DNA of 63,886 bases, the filler included, from Nanobdellota archaeon (GTDB taxonomy: Archaea > Nanobdellota > Nanobdellia > Woesearchaeales > CAZZGN01): the NCBI GenBank assembly GCA_051819665.1. It is 4 parts of 4 records of this genome, joined end to end, with 100 filler letters (N's around TTAATTAATTAA, not from the genome) between each part and the next. Parts side by side here need not be neighbours in the genome. Positions count along the whole stretch, not along the records: positions 19,264 to 37,846 come from JBNJDG010000018.1; positions 37,947 to 56,269 come from JBNJDG010000019.1; 2 more parts are not named here. One strand, written 5' to 3'. The notes under the pieces were generated by a model, which made no database searches, was not told the DNA's origin, and worked only from the letters and a program-made list of their open reading frames with translations. A program made the translations under genes and the position numbers. Below, in pieces: positions 28,894 to 38,570 of this stretch; position 1 is the first letter of the stretch, and each line of letters starts with the position of its first letter.

Positions 28894-29729
28894 AGGTTCA
28901 CCATCGGTCTCATTGATCTAAGCATCGCAAGGAAAAAGAACTGCATGACAGTAAGCAGGAACAATATCGCAAATATCACCGGCGGACCCATCGTAAGACC
29001 CATGAAACCGGCGATGACTATGAACATAGTGACTCCTAGAGAAGGCATAACTGTCGCAAGTACCATATACATCATCATGAACGCATTGAGCTTCTTTCCA
29101 TATTCCTTGATCTCTATGACCTGTTCCCTGGTTATCTGGCCAAGCACCTCTCTTAAAGCTATAGAGACGTCCACTCCAGTCTTGAGAGATGTTATTAGCT
29201 CTGTAAGTATCAGCTTGAAATACTTCGAGGGCGTGAGCTCTCTCGCTTCATTAAGAGCCTGCTCAATCGGCGTCCCTATCCTTATATTATCGACGATCTC
29301 CTTGAAATACTTAGCACATATACCATAACTCCTTGACGCATCGATAAGAGTATTATACAGAGGGATTCCCGAATCCAGCTTCACGAGGATATACCTGCCG
29401 GCAAAAAGCACCTCCTGGTTTATCTCCCTCTGCCTTCTCCTTATATGAACCTTAGGTGAATAAAGCACGAACATGAAAGTGAAAGAGAAAGATATAGTCA
29501 TGAAGACCAGCAGGGTCAAGAGCAAAGCCCCTTTGTCTTCCGGAAAAACAAGCTTATCCAGGACAAAGAAAAGCAGAACAGCGAACCCGAATGCAGCATA
29601 AGAAGAGAGGATGAAAGCCTTCTTTATGAAATCAACAGGCTTATCCGGCATATTAGCCATCCTTAATAACTTCTTTATCCATGGTATCCTTTTCAGGATC
29701 GCCTCATAAAACCTTTGCACTTCCCTCAC
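28890..29729 (-). CDS. Type IV pilus membrane platform protein (T2SSF, TadB-like)
   Basis: LDSGIPLYN, GTPIEQAL, TPSKYF, YGKKLN. Confidence 0.9.
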   Translation of the reverse strand: MREVQRFYEAILKRIPWIKKLLRMANMPDKPVDFIKKAFILSSYAAFGFAVLLFFVLDKLVFPEDKGALLLTLLVFMTISFSFTFMFVLYSPKVHIRRRQREINQEVLFAGRYILVKLDSGIPLYNTLIDASRSYGICAKYFKEIVDNIRIGTPIEQALNEARELTPSKYFKLILTELITSLKTGVDVSIALREVLGQITREQVIEIKEYGKKLNAFMMMYMVLATVMPSLGVTMFIVIAGFMGLTMGPPVIFAILFLLTVMQFFFLAMLRSMRPMVNL

Positions 29730-29736
29730 CAGAAAT

Positions 29737-31197
29737 TTATTGGTTCATTTTCTTGTTATAATACTTCCTGAACACTTTACCGACTTCGTTAACATCATTC
29801 ACATTATCCTTTACCAAAGCCTTGAGTATCTTGACTTTCTCATTTATGCTCTCTTCGATCTCCTCTTTCGACATGCCCGTATAAAGTTCAAGTGTATCAA
29901 GCAGCTGTTTAGGCTGGTTCTTCGTGACAAGTTCGTCCTTCCTCACATCAAGCTGCATAAGCACATTAGTATCCGCATTCGAAAGCACCTCGGCTATCTG
30001 TAAAGTTCTCCTCTTACCATTCCTCCGGTTCCTCGACTGCACAACTATAAGACCAAGAGAGGATATGGTCATCTTTGGCACCTCTATCGGCGGATTTATA
30101 AGCCTGTCCACGGTCTCCTTCACATTATTAGCGTGGAATGTGCCGTATACAGAATGACCTGTATGCATAGCTTCAAAGAGCACCTCAGCTTCTTCCTTCC
30201 TTCTTACCTCACCCATGAGTATACGATCGGGCCTCATCCTCAGGGAGTTAACAACAAGATCGAGCATTGATACTCCTCCCTTGCCTTCCGGATTAGGTTT
30301 CCTCGTTTCCAGCGGAACCCAGTGAAGCTCCTCCGGAAGCTTAAGCTCCCTCGTGTCCTCGATGGATATGATCCTCTGGTTATAAGGCATGAAAGCAGAA
30401 ACAACGTTGAGCATGGAAGTCTTTCCTGAACCAGTACCTCCTGACACCAGAACAGAAAGCTCATTCTCTACAGCAAGCCAGATCAGCGCAGCTCCGGGAT
30501 ATGAGATAGTCCCAGACTTCAGGAAATCTGTTATGGTCCAGGGTTTGGTGGCGAACTTTCTTATGGTAATGGTATTCCCCTTTGAAGATATCGGGTTAAG
30601 CGTCGCATTTACCCTGTCACCTGTAAGGAGATGGGCATCCATCAAAGGTTTCAGCATAGTTATCTCTTCACCTACATCACTGCCTATGACTGTAGCATAA
30701 TGCCTCACTCTCTTCTCCGAGGGAATAACTATGTTGGTTAACAGCCATCCGAATTTCTTATGATAAATCCTGACCGGCTCCTGTGCCCCATTTACAACAA
30801 TCTCCTCTATCCTATCATCATTGAGAAGGATCTCTATATCACCAAGGCCTATATTCTGCCTCAAAAGCTCATTGACAAGAAGGTCTGAAGTCCTCTGGTC
30901 CGTCTGCGGAAAATACTTCTTGATGAGTATTAGGATCTCCTCTTTGAATTTCTCCTTAATGTTATTCACTGAATTCTCATCCGAAAAGTTCACCGAACCC
31001 ATGTTAATCTGGGAAACGAACTCCTCCCTTATCTTATTCAGTATAACTTTTGTTGATCTGGTGATGTTCTTTATAGAAACATTATAATGGGCAAATCCCT
31101 CTTCATTGAGATAAATCTTCACGTCCACTATCTGCTTGTCAACATGGACCTTATAGGAATCAAGCATCTTTCCGGAGATCTCTTCATTCTTTATCAT
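29737..31197 (-). CDS. Type IV pilus assembly ATPase (CpaF/TadA/VirB11 family)
   Basis: GGTGSGKT, SIEDTREL, LRMRPDRI.MGEVR, TGH...TFHA. Confidence 0.95.
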   Translation of the reverse strand: MIKNEEISGKMLDSYKVHVDKQIVDVKIYLNEEGFAHYNVSIKNITRSTKVILNKIREEFVSQINMGSVNFSDENSVNNIKEKFKEEILILIKKYFPQTDQRTSDLLVNELLRQNIGLGDIEILLNDDRIEEIVVNGAQEPVRIYHKKFGWLLTNIVIPSEKRVRHYATVIGSDVGEEITMLKPLMDAHLLTGDRVNATLNPISSKGNTITIRKFATKPWTITDFLKSGTISYPGAALIWLAVENELSVLVSGGTGSGKTSMLNVVSAFMPYNQRIISIEDTRELKLPEELHWVPLETRKPNPEGKGGVSMLDLVVNSLRMRPDRILMGEVRRKEEAEVLFEAMHTGHSVYGTFHANNVKETVDRLINPPIEVPKMTISSLGLIVVQSRNRRNGKRRTLQIAEVLSNADTNVLMQLDVRKDELVTKNQPKQLLDTLELYTGMSKEEIEESINEKVKILKALVKDNVNDVNEVGKVFRKYYNKKMNQ

Positions 31198-33854
31198 GAT
31201 TCCCCTCCAAGCACCCTTACATAATTCCTGGAATCACTTTTTTCCGGAAGTATATTTGAAAGTCTCTTGAGATCAACCATTGCCGAGTCCTTATTCCCCT
31301 CTACAAACTCTGAAAATGCCCTTATAGCCTTTATCACAGCAAACTCCTTGTTGATCCCGGTAATCCTCCTGTCCCTCTTTATAGATTTTATCAGAGAGAA
31401 GAAATCATCATATCCACCTTCATATGCTTTCTCCAGCGCCAAGCAAAGCCTCTTCAGCATATAAGCCTTAGTGTTCTTCCCCTTCTTGAGGATCGAACCA
31501 CAAACATTCTCTGCACCTTTATAATCCCCGGAAAGAAGAAGAGAGACCGCTTCATCATAATCCAGATCACCATCTTCCGCATCAATCTCCCCTCCTTCAT
31601 CCCTCATGGACTCTGAATAGTCTTCAACACTCATGTTTTCAGGCTTCTTATCCGCTGCCTTGTCCGCATATTTCTCCACTTCCTGTTTTACGTGATGGAA
31701 AAGCATGTAATCTTCCTTGCATTCATCCCTAAGCTCATTATAGAGAGAGACTATCTCCTCAAGGAGCTCTTTGGTTGGAGAGACCTTAAGCCTTTTAGTC
31801 ATATGATATAGTTTCAATTCCTTCTTCACCTTGAGGACCTCCTTATAGAGTCCGTTATGCCTCTTGACAAAACCAACAGGTAGCTCGTTGAAGATCCTCA
31901 CCATATGATTGTAATTGATCTCAATCAGATCAAACTCTTTCTTCTGTATATGCTCATGCACCGAAACAAGTATCTTAAGTAAAGAATAATACTTCTTCTT
32001 CATCAGAGAACTTACATCCTTCAGGGTCTCATTGTTCATTGAAAGTGTTATATCCCGGTAAGCATCCAGGAGCCTCTGTTTTATGCTTATCTTCTCCTCC
32101 ATGAAACCTGTAGGCAAGGAGGAGTATAATGCCATAGCCTCCTTGTATATGTTCTTCGCAAGATCATACTCCTTCCGCGACATGTACTTTTTTATGGCCT
32201 CGAAGAGGGACTCTATCCTTGCCTTCTTCCTCTCGAACTCTTTCCTCGCATATTCTTTCCTGAGATGAGAGAGCCTCTTGGAGACCTGGAGGATCCTTGC
32301 CTCAAGGGAGTTCTTGTAGCTTATGAAACCTTCAGGAAGGCTGTCGAAGAGCTCATTTATAGTCTCCAGTTTCTTGAAAGCTTTCTCAAAAGAAGACTCC
32401 TTGGTGAGTTCATTGACTTCTTTGAGGAGAGAGATGATCTTCTTGTACTTCTGCCTGAAATCTTTCTCGTATTTCTTCTCTTTCAGCATCGCCAGTCTCT
32501 GGTAGACTGAGAAAAGGTTGTTCTGAAGCCTTATCTTCTCGCCTATGAAACCTTTCGGAAGTCCCGAGAATATCTCCTTCGCATTATGATATGCACTCTC
32601 AGCTTTCTCAATATCACCATTCTTTATGCTAGCAAGTATCTCCTTAAGGAGAAGGTTTATGTCATTCTTCCCTTTCTGGATCTGTTTAGTATACTGCAAT
32701 TTCTCATACTTCACAAGGAGGGAATGTATATCGATTATCTTATTCTCGATATCAAGTTTTTTGTCAAGGAACTTCTCAGGTATGGATTCGTATATCTCCT
32801 CTATCACCTTATAGTCCCTCTCGGCATCATCAAGCTCAGATGCCTTTATATTCTTCTTTATCCTCTCTATGAGTTCCTCTATCCTGTTTATCTTGGCCTG
32901 TAAAGAATCTGAACTTTTCTTTGTGACCTGCTGGGAGATGTCCTTATTCAGCTTGAGCAATGAATCATCAAGCTTTTCCTTACGGGACTTATACTCTTCA
33001 GGGAGCTTATTGTACTCACTCCTAATAGCAGAATATATCTTTTCTACCTTATCTATATCTCCTTTCTTGAGGTAATCATAGGCCTCTTTCATGAGCCTCT
33101 CATAATCCTCTGAACCATTTATGGTCAGATCAATCTCCTGTTTTTTCTTCTCCCCCTTATCTGAAGACTCTTTAGACTTTTCCTTACCCAAGGTCTCCTC
33201 CTGTTGTCTTCTCTTCCTTTCCTGTTCAGCTTTCAACGCTTCCTCCTTCCTCTTCCTCTCCCTCTCTTTCCTTTCCTGTTTAAGCTTCATGAATGGATCT
33301 TTCAGCTCATTATATATCTCATAAAGCTCTGAATTTATCTTCTTATAAGAGGCCTTCAGCCTGTCATACTCCTTCTTGGAAAGAAGGGTCTTCGCATGGG
33401 AGATCAGGTTAGCTACACCGTCAGTCCTCTGTTGAAGGGTAGAGAAATTGACCCTCTCGGCCAGTTCCTTATCATTACTTGCCTGGTTTATAAGCTCCTT
33501 GGTTTTTTTCTGTACTTCGTTAAGCTTCTTGTGCGTGTCCTCGTGCCTTTCGTTCTCAAGATTATCAGAGATTATAGCGAAAGCGGAACCTATCTCAGCA
33601 GAAACCTTACCCAGCTTGTTCATATTCACCTTATGCTGGCTCGTCTCAGGATTCTCAGAAACAAGATAAGGCGTCGTGAACTTATACTTTATAGAAAGCT
33701 CTCCTTCCTCCTCAAGGAATCTTGCCCAGGATTCAACTGTCTCAAAGGACTGCCCCAGCTCGATCGCTGCATCCTCGAAAGAGACTTCACCCTTGGACTT
33801 AACTATATTTATGAGATGATCAACATCAGTCCTCACCATGTCTTCAGCCGGCAT
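31194..33854 (-). CDS. Large helical-repeat protein with N-terminal wHTH-like domain
   Basis: TDVDHLINIVKSKGEVSF...VESWARFLEEEG; six repeats with LP..F...K; ATGA-coupled to the ATPase. Confidence 0.75.
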   Translation of the reverse strand: MPAEDMVRTDVDHLINIVKSKGEVSFEDAAIELGQSFETVESWARFLEEEGELSIKYKFTTPYLVSENPETSQHKVNMNKLGKVSAEIGSAFAIISDNLENERHEDTHKKLNEVQKKTKELINQASNDKELAERVNFSTLQQRTDGVANLISHAKTLLSKKEYDRLKASYKKINSELYEIYNELKDPFMKLKQERKERERKRKEEALKAEQERKRRQQEETLGKEKSKESSDKGEKKKQEIDLTINGSEDYERLMKEAYDYLKKGDIDKVEKIYSAIRSEYNKLPEEYKSRKEKLDDSLLKLNKDISQQVTKKSSDSLQAKINRIEELIERIKKNIKASELDDAERDYKVIEEIYESIPEKFLDKKLDIENKIIDIHSLLVKYEKLQYTKQIQKGKNDINLLLKEILASIKNGDIEKAESAYHNAKEIFSGLPKGFIGEKIRLQNNLFSVYQRLAMLKEKKYEKDFRQKYKKIISLLKEVNELTKESSFEKAFKKLETINELFDSLPEGFISYKNSLEARILQVSKRLSHLRKEYARKEFERKKARIESLFEAIKKYMSRKEYDLAKNIYKEAMALYSSLPTGFMEEKISIKQRLLDAYRDITLSMNNETLKDVSSLMKKKYYSLLKILVSVHEHIQKKEFDLIEINYNHMVRIFNELPVGFVKRHNGLYKEVLKVKKELKLYHMTKRLKVSPTKELLEEIVSLYNELRDECKEDYMLFHHVKQEVEKYADKAADKKPENMSVEDYSESMRDEGGEIDAEDGDLDYDEAVSLLLSGDYKGAENVCGSILKKGKNTKAYMLKRLCLALEKAYEGGYDDFFSLIKSIKRDRRITGINKEFAVIKAIRAFSEFVEGNKDSAMVDLKRLSNILPEKSDSRNYVRVLGGES

Positions 33855-33958
33855 ATTACTTTCATCCCTGATTTTATTTATAAAGTTTTTGCTGTGTGGT
33901 GACAAAAATGATACCACTTTTTGATAGGTATTTGTTTTTTCGCCTTATATGTTAAATC

Positions 33959-34984
33959 CTAAGAATACCTGTATTCACTGTTGTCTAGGTCAGTGAGATT
34001 ATAAACCTCAAAATGATAATCGTCTATCCTGAAAGGATATGTATCATTATTACCCTGGCCTGTATCATAATCTGAGGAGAATTCCTCCAACAACCAAAGG
34101 TCTTCATCACATCCCTCCGAAGTCTCATTGAAATAACAAAAGTCCACGAAGCTGTTATTATAGAATCCTCCCTGAGAACCGGTGGTCATGTTGAAATACT
34201 GGCTCGAATTAGCGAAAGAATGAATCCCGCAGCAATCAGAAGATGAAGTATCATTCACCAGCCTGTTCATATAAGAAGGTGATTCCTTATCATAGATATA
34301 AGTCCCATGCTCGACATGCCCTATGAAATGATCCTCATATTCATCATCCAGAGATTCACCCACCAACCAGGTCTGGTTTGCTGCCTTCCATATGGTCCTG
34401 TTGAGCCCGCCTGTATTGAGATTGAGGTAAAGGTCCCTATAACCGGGAATCAGTATCTCTGTCCTCACCTCATCATCGATGGTCCAGTTAGCATAATCAG
34501 CATCCACAAACGCCTCATAAGATACATTAACAGCAAACCCCCAAGGACCAGTCCTCTCGGATTGGTAAACCTCAAGATCATAAAAATCAAAGGTGGTATT
34601 TACCCTCAAAATATCATCCGACCAGTCAGTGAAATTCCCGAAGACTTTAACCAGGGAAAGATTATATACATCATCATTTCCATAAGTTCCATTGATCACC
34701 AGCTCTTCCATATGAGACTGGAATTCAGAGGCATTATCGAACTCTCCATCAGCTGATATCTCATTGATATAGTGCTCCATCCCTCTTTTACCAGCTACAT
34801 GAAGGGCCCTTTTAACATGGACCTCTTCTATATCACCCACATAATCACTCACAGCACCCATCCTCGATTCGATTACAGGAACCCTGTTAACATTAGTCAG
34901 ATAGGATCTGTACTGGAAAGTACCCACTAATACGGTCATGACAAGTATTGCGATGAATGTGAAGAATACAGCTTTCTTGTTCAT
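33959..34984 (-). CDS. Class III signal-peptide protein (minor pilin-like)
   Basis: MNKKAVFFTFIAILVM; many N-x-S/T sequons. Confidence 0.75.
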   Translation of the reverse strand: MNKKAVFFTFIAILVMTVLVGTFQYRSYLTNVNRVPVIESRMGAVSDYVGDIEEVHVKRALHVAGKRGMEHYINEISADGEFDNASEFQSHMEELVINGTYGNDDVYNLSLVKVFGNFTDWSDDILRVNTTFDFYDLEVYQSERTGPWGFAVNVSYEAFVDADYANWTIDDEVRTEILIPGYRDLYLNLNTGGLNRTIWKAANQTWLVGESLDDEYEDHFIGHVEHGTYIYDKESPSYMNRLVNDTSSSDCCGIHSFANSSQYFNMTTGSQGGFYNNSFVDFCYFNETSEGCDEDLWLLEEFSSDYDTGQGNNDTYPFRIDDYHFEVYNLTDLDNSEYRYS

Positions 34985-35508
34985 TTCCAGACATCCACCT
35001 CCAATGTCTCCACAACGAAACTGCGGTTTACGAAAGCAGAAGCTATCTTCTTTGAAGGGGTCACCAACTCAGAGTCATTGATAGGAGTGGTATTTGACCT
35101 GGAGAGGACAAAGGTCCTCGAATCATTCTTGAGTTTAACAGAATACGAAAACTTTTCGGAGACTGTCTCATTGACAAATTCATCAATCATATTACTGGCC
35201 ATCTCAGCACAATCAGGACACTCGCTCCCGTTCCTGTATGCGAATTCAACCAACTGCTCAGCTACAGTATTCCTCATATCCGTTATATTGCCATTGGACT
35301 TATACTTGGAGAGATATGTATAGTTCTGGTCATTTATCTCATATATCTGCGTTGAAGTCAGGAAGTCACTGAGATCCTCCGAATAAAAGATATTCTGCGG
35401 TTCATAAGGAGTGAAAGAATACTGGGCGATTATTATAGCTACCCCTACAACGACTACACTTACAGCTATAAACGCATCAATGGTCAAGAAATACCCTTTC
35501 TTTTTCAT
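34981..35508 (-). CDS. Class III signal-peptide protein (minor pilin-like)
   Basis: MKKKGYFLTIDAFIAV; C-terminal EVDVW. Confidence 0.78.
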   Translation of the reverse strand: MKKKGYFLTIDAFIAVSVVVVGVAIIIAQYSFTPYEPQNIFYSEDLSDFLTSTQIYEINDQNYTYLSKYKSNGNITDMRNTVAEQLVEFAYRNGSECPDCAEMASNMIDEFVNETVSEKFSYSVKLKNDSRTFVLSRSNTTPINDSELVTPSKKIASAFVNRSFVVETLEVDVWK

Positions 35509-35595
35509 AGCCCACCTCTTTTGCAGCTCCTTAGACCAGTGGATTTAAAAAGATTTTGGTTAATAATTAATATCAGCTGCACTCTACTCCACAAT

Positions 35596-35988
35596 ATGGA
35601 AAAGGTTATGGTCTTCGGCACCTTCGACATGCTCCATGAAGGACACAAGTATCTATTTAGGAGAGCTAAACAATACGGAGATTACCTCATAGCTGTCATA
35701 AGCAGGGATAAGACCACAAAGAAAGTGAAAGGATTCCTCCCGGAAGAGGATGAGAATACAAGGAAAGGGAAGGTACAAAAATTTGTCGATAAAGCTCTCT
35801 TAGGAGACAAGGAAGACCCATACAGGATAATAGAGAAAGAGAAACCCGATATCATCTGCCTCGGTTATGACCAGGACAGCTTTACAACCAGCTTAGAAGA
35901 GGAACTCAGGAAAAGAGGACTAAAGTCAAGGATAATAAGGCTAGACTCACACAAACCTGAAAAATACAAATCATCTCATTTTCGTTAA
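35596..35988 (+). CDS. ribL: FAD synthase (archaeal, cytidylyltransferase-like)
   Basis: FGTFDMLHEGH, PDIICLGYDQ; next to riboflavin kinase. Confidence 0.88.
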   Translation: MEKVMVFGTFDMLHEGHKYLFRRAKQYGDYLIAVISRDKTTKKVKGFLPEEDENTRKGKVQKFVDKALLGDKEDPYRIIEKEKPDIICLGYDQDSFTTSLEEELRKRGLKSRIIRLDSHKPEKYKSSHFR

Positions 35989-36044
35989 GGATATTATTTC
36001 TGAGAACCATAAAATATTTAATTAAGTTTAATACACTTTACCAG

Positions 36045-36677
36045 ATGGAAGAGCTTCTCCTGATAATAGCCGAAGAGAAAGGAATTTATTCAGAATATAA
36101 GACAAGCACGAAAAGCCTTTCCGAAAAGCTTTCTCTCTCCCAGCAGTCAGTCTCGAGAAAACTTAGGGAACTTGAGAACGAAGGGAAGATCAAGAGGGAT
36201 GTTTCTCCGGGAGGCATGAACCTGAAACTCACAGAGAAAGGGAGAGCCGTATTGAGGAAAAAATTCAAGAGACTCCAGAATGTCCTCAAGACCAGGAACA
36301 TGATAAAAGGAGAGGTCACGAAAGGACTTGGCGAAGGGAGTTATTATATAAGGATGTATGCAGACAGACTGGAGGAGAAGCTCGGCTATGAACCATTCTA
36401 TGGCACTCTTAACCTTAAAGTCGACATGGAACATCATAAGTCTTTCATAAGCGATCTGGAACCGATCATCATAGAAGGTTTCAATACGGAAGACCGCAGT
36501 TTCGGGAGTATCAAGGTCTACAGGGTCATAACAGAGGGGATCGAGAGTGCTATTGTCGTTCCCCAGAGAAGCCTTCACAAGGAAGGAGTCATTGAGATAA
36601 TCGGTCCTTCCTCGATGAGAGAGTCATTGAAACTTAAAGAGAGCGACCCTGTAAAGATAGAGAAAGGTGAATTATAA
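36045..36677 (+). CDS. ribK: CTP-dependent riboflavin kinase with N-terminal winged HTH
   Basis: SQQSVSRKL HTH; GEVTKGLGEGSYY, PFYGTLN, IEIIGP. Confidence 0.92.
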   Translation: MEELLLIIAEEKGIYSEYKTSTKSLSEKLSLSQQSVSRKLRELENEGKIKRDVSPGGMNLKLTEKGRAVLRKKFKRLQNVLKTRNMIKGEVTKGLGEGSYYIRMYADRLEEKLGYEPFYGTLNLKVDMEHHKSFISDLEPIIIEGFNTEDRSFGSIKVYRVITEGIESAIVVPQRSLHKEGVIEIIGPSSMRESLKLKESDPVKIEKGEL

Positions 36678-36678
36678 G

Positions 36679-37608
36679 ATGATAAGAGGAGCATTACTGG
36701 TAATCTTCGCAGCGATACTATGGGGGCTTGATGGTACAGTCCTCACGCCCAGACTACATAACCTGGATGTGAGCTTTGTCGTGTTCCTCCTCCATATAAT
36801 CCCTCTCCTGCTCATGAGCACATTCCTTTACAGGGAATACAATAAATTGAAGGTCTTCAGCAGGAAAGACTATCTTTACTTCTCCCTCATAGCATTATTC
36901 GGAGGAGCTTTAGGAACTATCGCCATCGTCAAAGCCCTCTTCTTAGTCAATTTCAAACAGTTATCGGTTGTAGTGCTGTTGCAGAAGCTTCAGCCTGTCT
37001 TCGCGATTCTCCTTGCAAGGATATTATTGAAGGAAAAGCTAGGCAGAAGATTCTTCCTGTGGGCAGGCCTCGCGATAGTGGCAAGCTATTTCCTCACCTT
37101 TGGCCTCAACCTTCCTAATGTTGGCTCGGGCACGAATACCTTGTATGCTTCTCTGATGGCTTTGCTTGCCGCATTCTCTTTCGGAATATCTACAGTCCTG
37201 GGGAAAGGTGTGCTGAACAAGTACGATTTCAAGACATCCACCTTCTACAGGTATTTCTTCACCTCGATCATAATGACACTATTCGTCCTCATCAGCGGGA
37301 AGATAGGTAATCTATCAGAAGTGACCAATACAAATTGGTTATACATATTCATTATAGGTATCACGACGGGCTCAGGAGCTATATTTATCTATTATTACGG
37401 CCTTAAAAGAATAAGGGCGAGCCTTGCAACGATATGCGAGCTTTTCTTCCCATTATCCGCGATAATCTTCGATTATCTTATAAACGATGCGGTTTTAAGC
37501 CCGGCCCAATGGGTGGCTGCAGCAATACTGGTCTTCTCTGTGATCAGGGTGACCTCCCAAAAGAACACCAAAAAGAGATCATCCCTTGACAACGCCGAGA
37601 GGCCTTAG
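36679..37608 (+). CDS. DMT/EamA family transporter
   Basis: AAILWG, LLQKLQPVFAILLA...LKEK, two EamA halves, ~10 TM segments. Confidence 0.9.
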   Translation: MIRGALLVIFAAILWGLDGTVLTPRLHNLDVSFVVFLLHIIPLLLMSTFLYREYNKLKVFSRKDYLYFSLIALFGGALGTIAIVKALFLVNFKQLSVVVLLQKLQPVFAILLARILLKEKLGRRFFLWAGLAIVASYFLTFGLNLPNVGSGTNTLYASLMALLAAFSFGISTVLGKGVLNKYDFKTSTFYRYFFTSIIMTLFVLISGKIGNLSEVTNTNWLYIFIIGITTGSGAIFIYYYGLKRIRASLATICELFFPLSAIIFDYLINDAVLSPAQWVAAAILVFSVIRVTSQKNTKKRSSLDNAERP

Positions 37609-37846
37609 CTTAGCTGATCTTTTCGCTATGCCTGCCTCTTCCACTGTCTTTATGACCTCGTCAACATCCTTATACACGCCGGGTGCTTCTTCACTGACAC
37701 CTTTCCATGAAGCGGACTTCACGAAGACATTCTTATCCGAGAGCTCCTTCCTGACAGAATCCGCCTTGAACTCTCTCTTTGCCTTCGCCCTCGACATAAC
37801 CCTGCCAGCACCATGAGCAGAGCTGCCGAAACATTCCTGCATAGCT
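37579..37846 (-). CDS. rtcB: RNA ligase RtcB, C-terminal fragment
   Basis: SSAHGAGRVMSR, EEAPGVYKDVDEV, LRPLGVVKG; 5' part lost in the gap. Confidence 0.92.
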
Positions 37847-37946
37847 NNNNNNNNNNNNNNNNNNNNNNNNNNNNNNNNNNNNNNNNNNNNTTAATTAATT
37901 AANNNNNNNNNNNNNNNNNNNNNNNNNNNNNNNNNNNNNNNNNNNN
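37847..37946. other. Assembly gap with artificial linker
   Basis: N run plus TTAATTAATTAA at 37891-37902. Confidence 0.95.
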
Positions 37947-37994
37947 TACATCATTAAGATAGGCCACAGAAAAAATATCTACAAAGATTTATGA
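37947..37994 (+). CDS. C-terminal fragment of a RelE/ParE-family toxin
   Basis: Frame emerging from the gap reads YIIKIGHRKNIYKDL*, matching the RelE tail pattern; only 15 codons. Confidence 0.55.
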   Translation, partial: YIIKIGHRKNIYKDL

Positions 37995-38162
37995 ATGCTG
38001 CTTCCAGAGGAGGTATATGAACATCAGGAAACCGAAGACCAGCATGAGGTGCACTACGATCATGGCTATCCAGTAATACTTGAAAATCTTCTCCCGTTTC
38101 TTCGGATCCTTCATCCATCTTTTCCAGAATGGCTCCATGAACCAAGGGTCAATATCTCAGGT

Positions 38163-38570
38163 TTAAAAATATTTATGAAAACTTTCCAGAAAACCATATG
38201 CCAGATTGATGAAATAAACAAGATCAACATCCAGGTCAACTTTTTCTGCAGAGTATTGCACAGTGTGCCTCAGAGACATTATCGTTTCAAAAGCATCCAA
38301 AAATTCAGAGAAATCATAATTTTCCTCAATATATCTGGCTATACAATAATGACTTCTTTCCTTTATCCCATCTTTAATCAATAAGGATCTGGCAAGATGA
38401 AAGTATGAATTATAAAGAGCAATCACAGCCATGTGTTTTTTTGAAAGACCCACCAAATCCTCACATTCATTTAAGAAAAATTCTGCCTGAGATAGGTCCT
38501 TTTTAGCAAGGCCCGGCTGCTTGATAGTCTTTTTTAAAAGACCTTTCCTAAAGCAATCCTTCTCAGTCAT
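38163..38570 (-). CDS. HEPN domain protein
   Basis: YNSYFHLARSLL..DGIKERSHYC, LRHTVQY; downstream of the MNT gene. Confidence 0.85.
   Translation of the reverse strand: MTEKDCFRKGLLKKTIKQPGLAKKDLSQAEFFLNECEDLVGLSKKHMAVIALYNSYFHLARSLLIKDGIKERSHYCIARYIEENYDFSEFLDAFETIMSLRHTVQYSAEKVDLDVDLVYFINLAYGFLESFHKYF

Noticed and set aside
27324..31197. Archaellum or conjugative T4SS
   Set aside because: No archaellin, ArlH/F/G, VirB4 or relaxase recognised; ATPase plus two T2SSF plus pilin fits a type IV pilus
37995..38384. 129-aa plus-strand ORF after the RelE-like fragment
   Set aside because: Largely antisense to the HEPN gene and without recognisable motif
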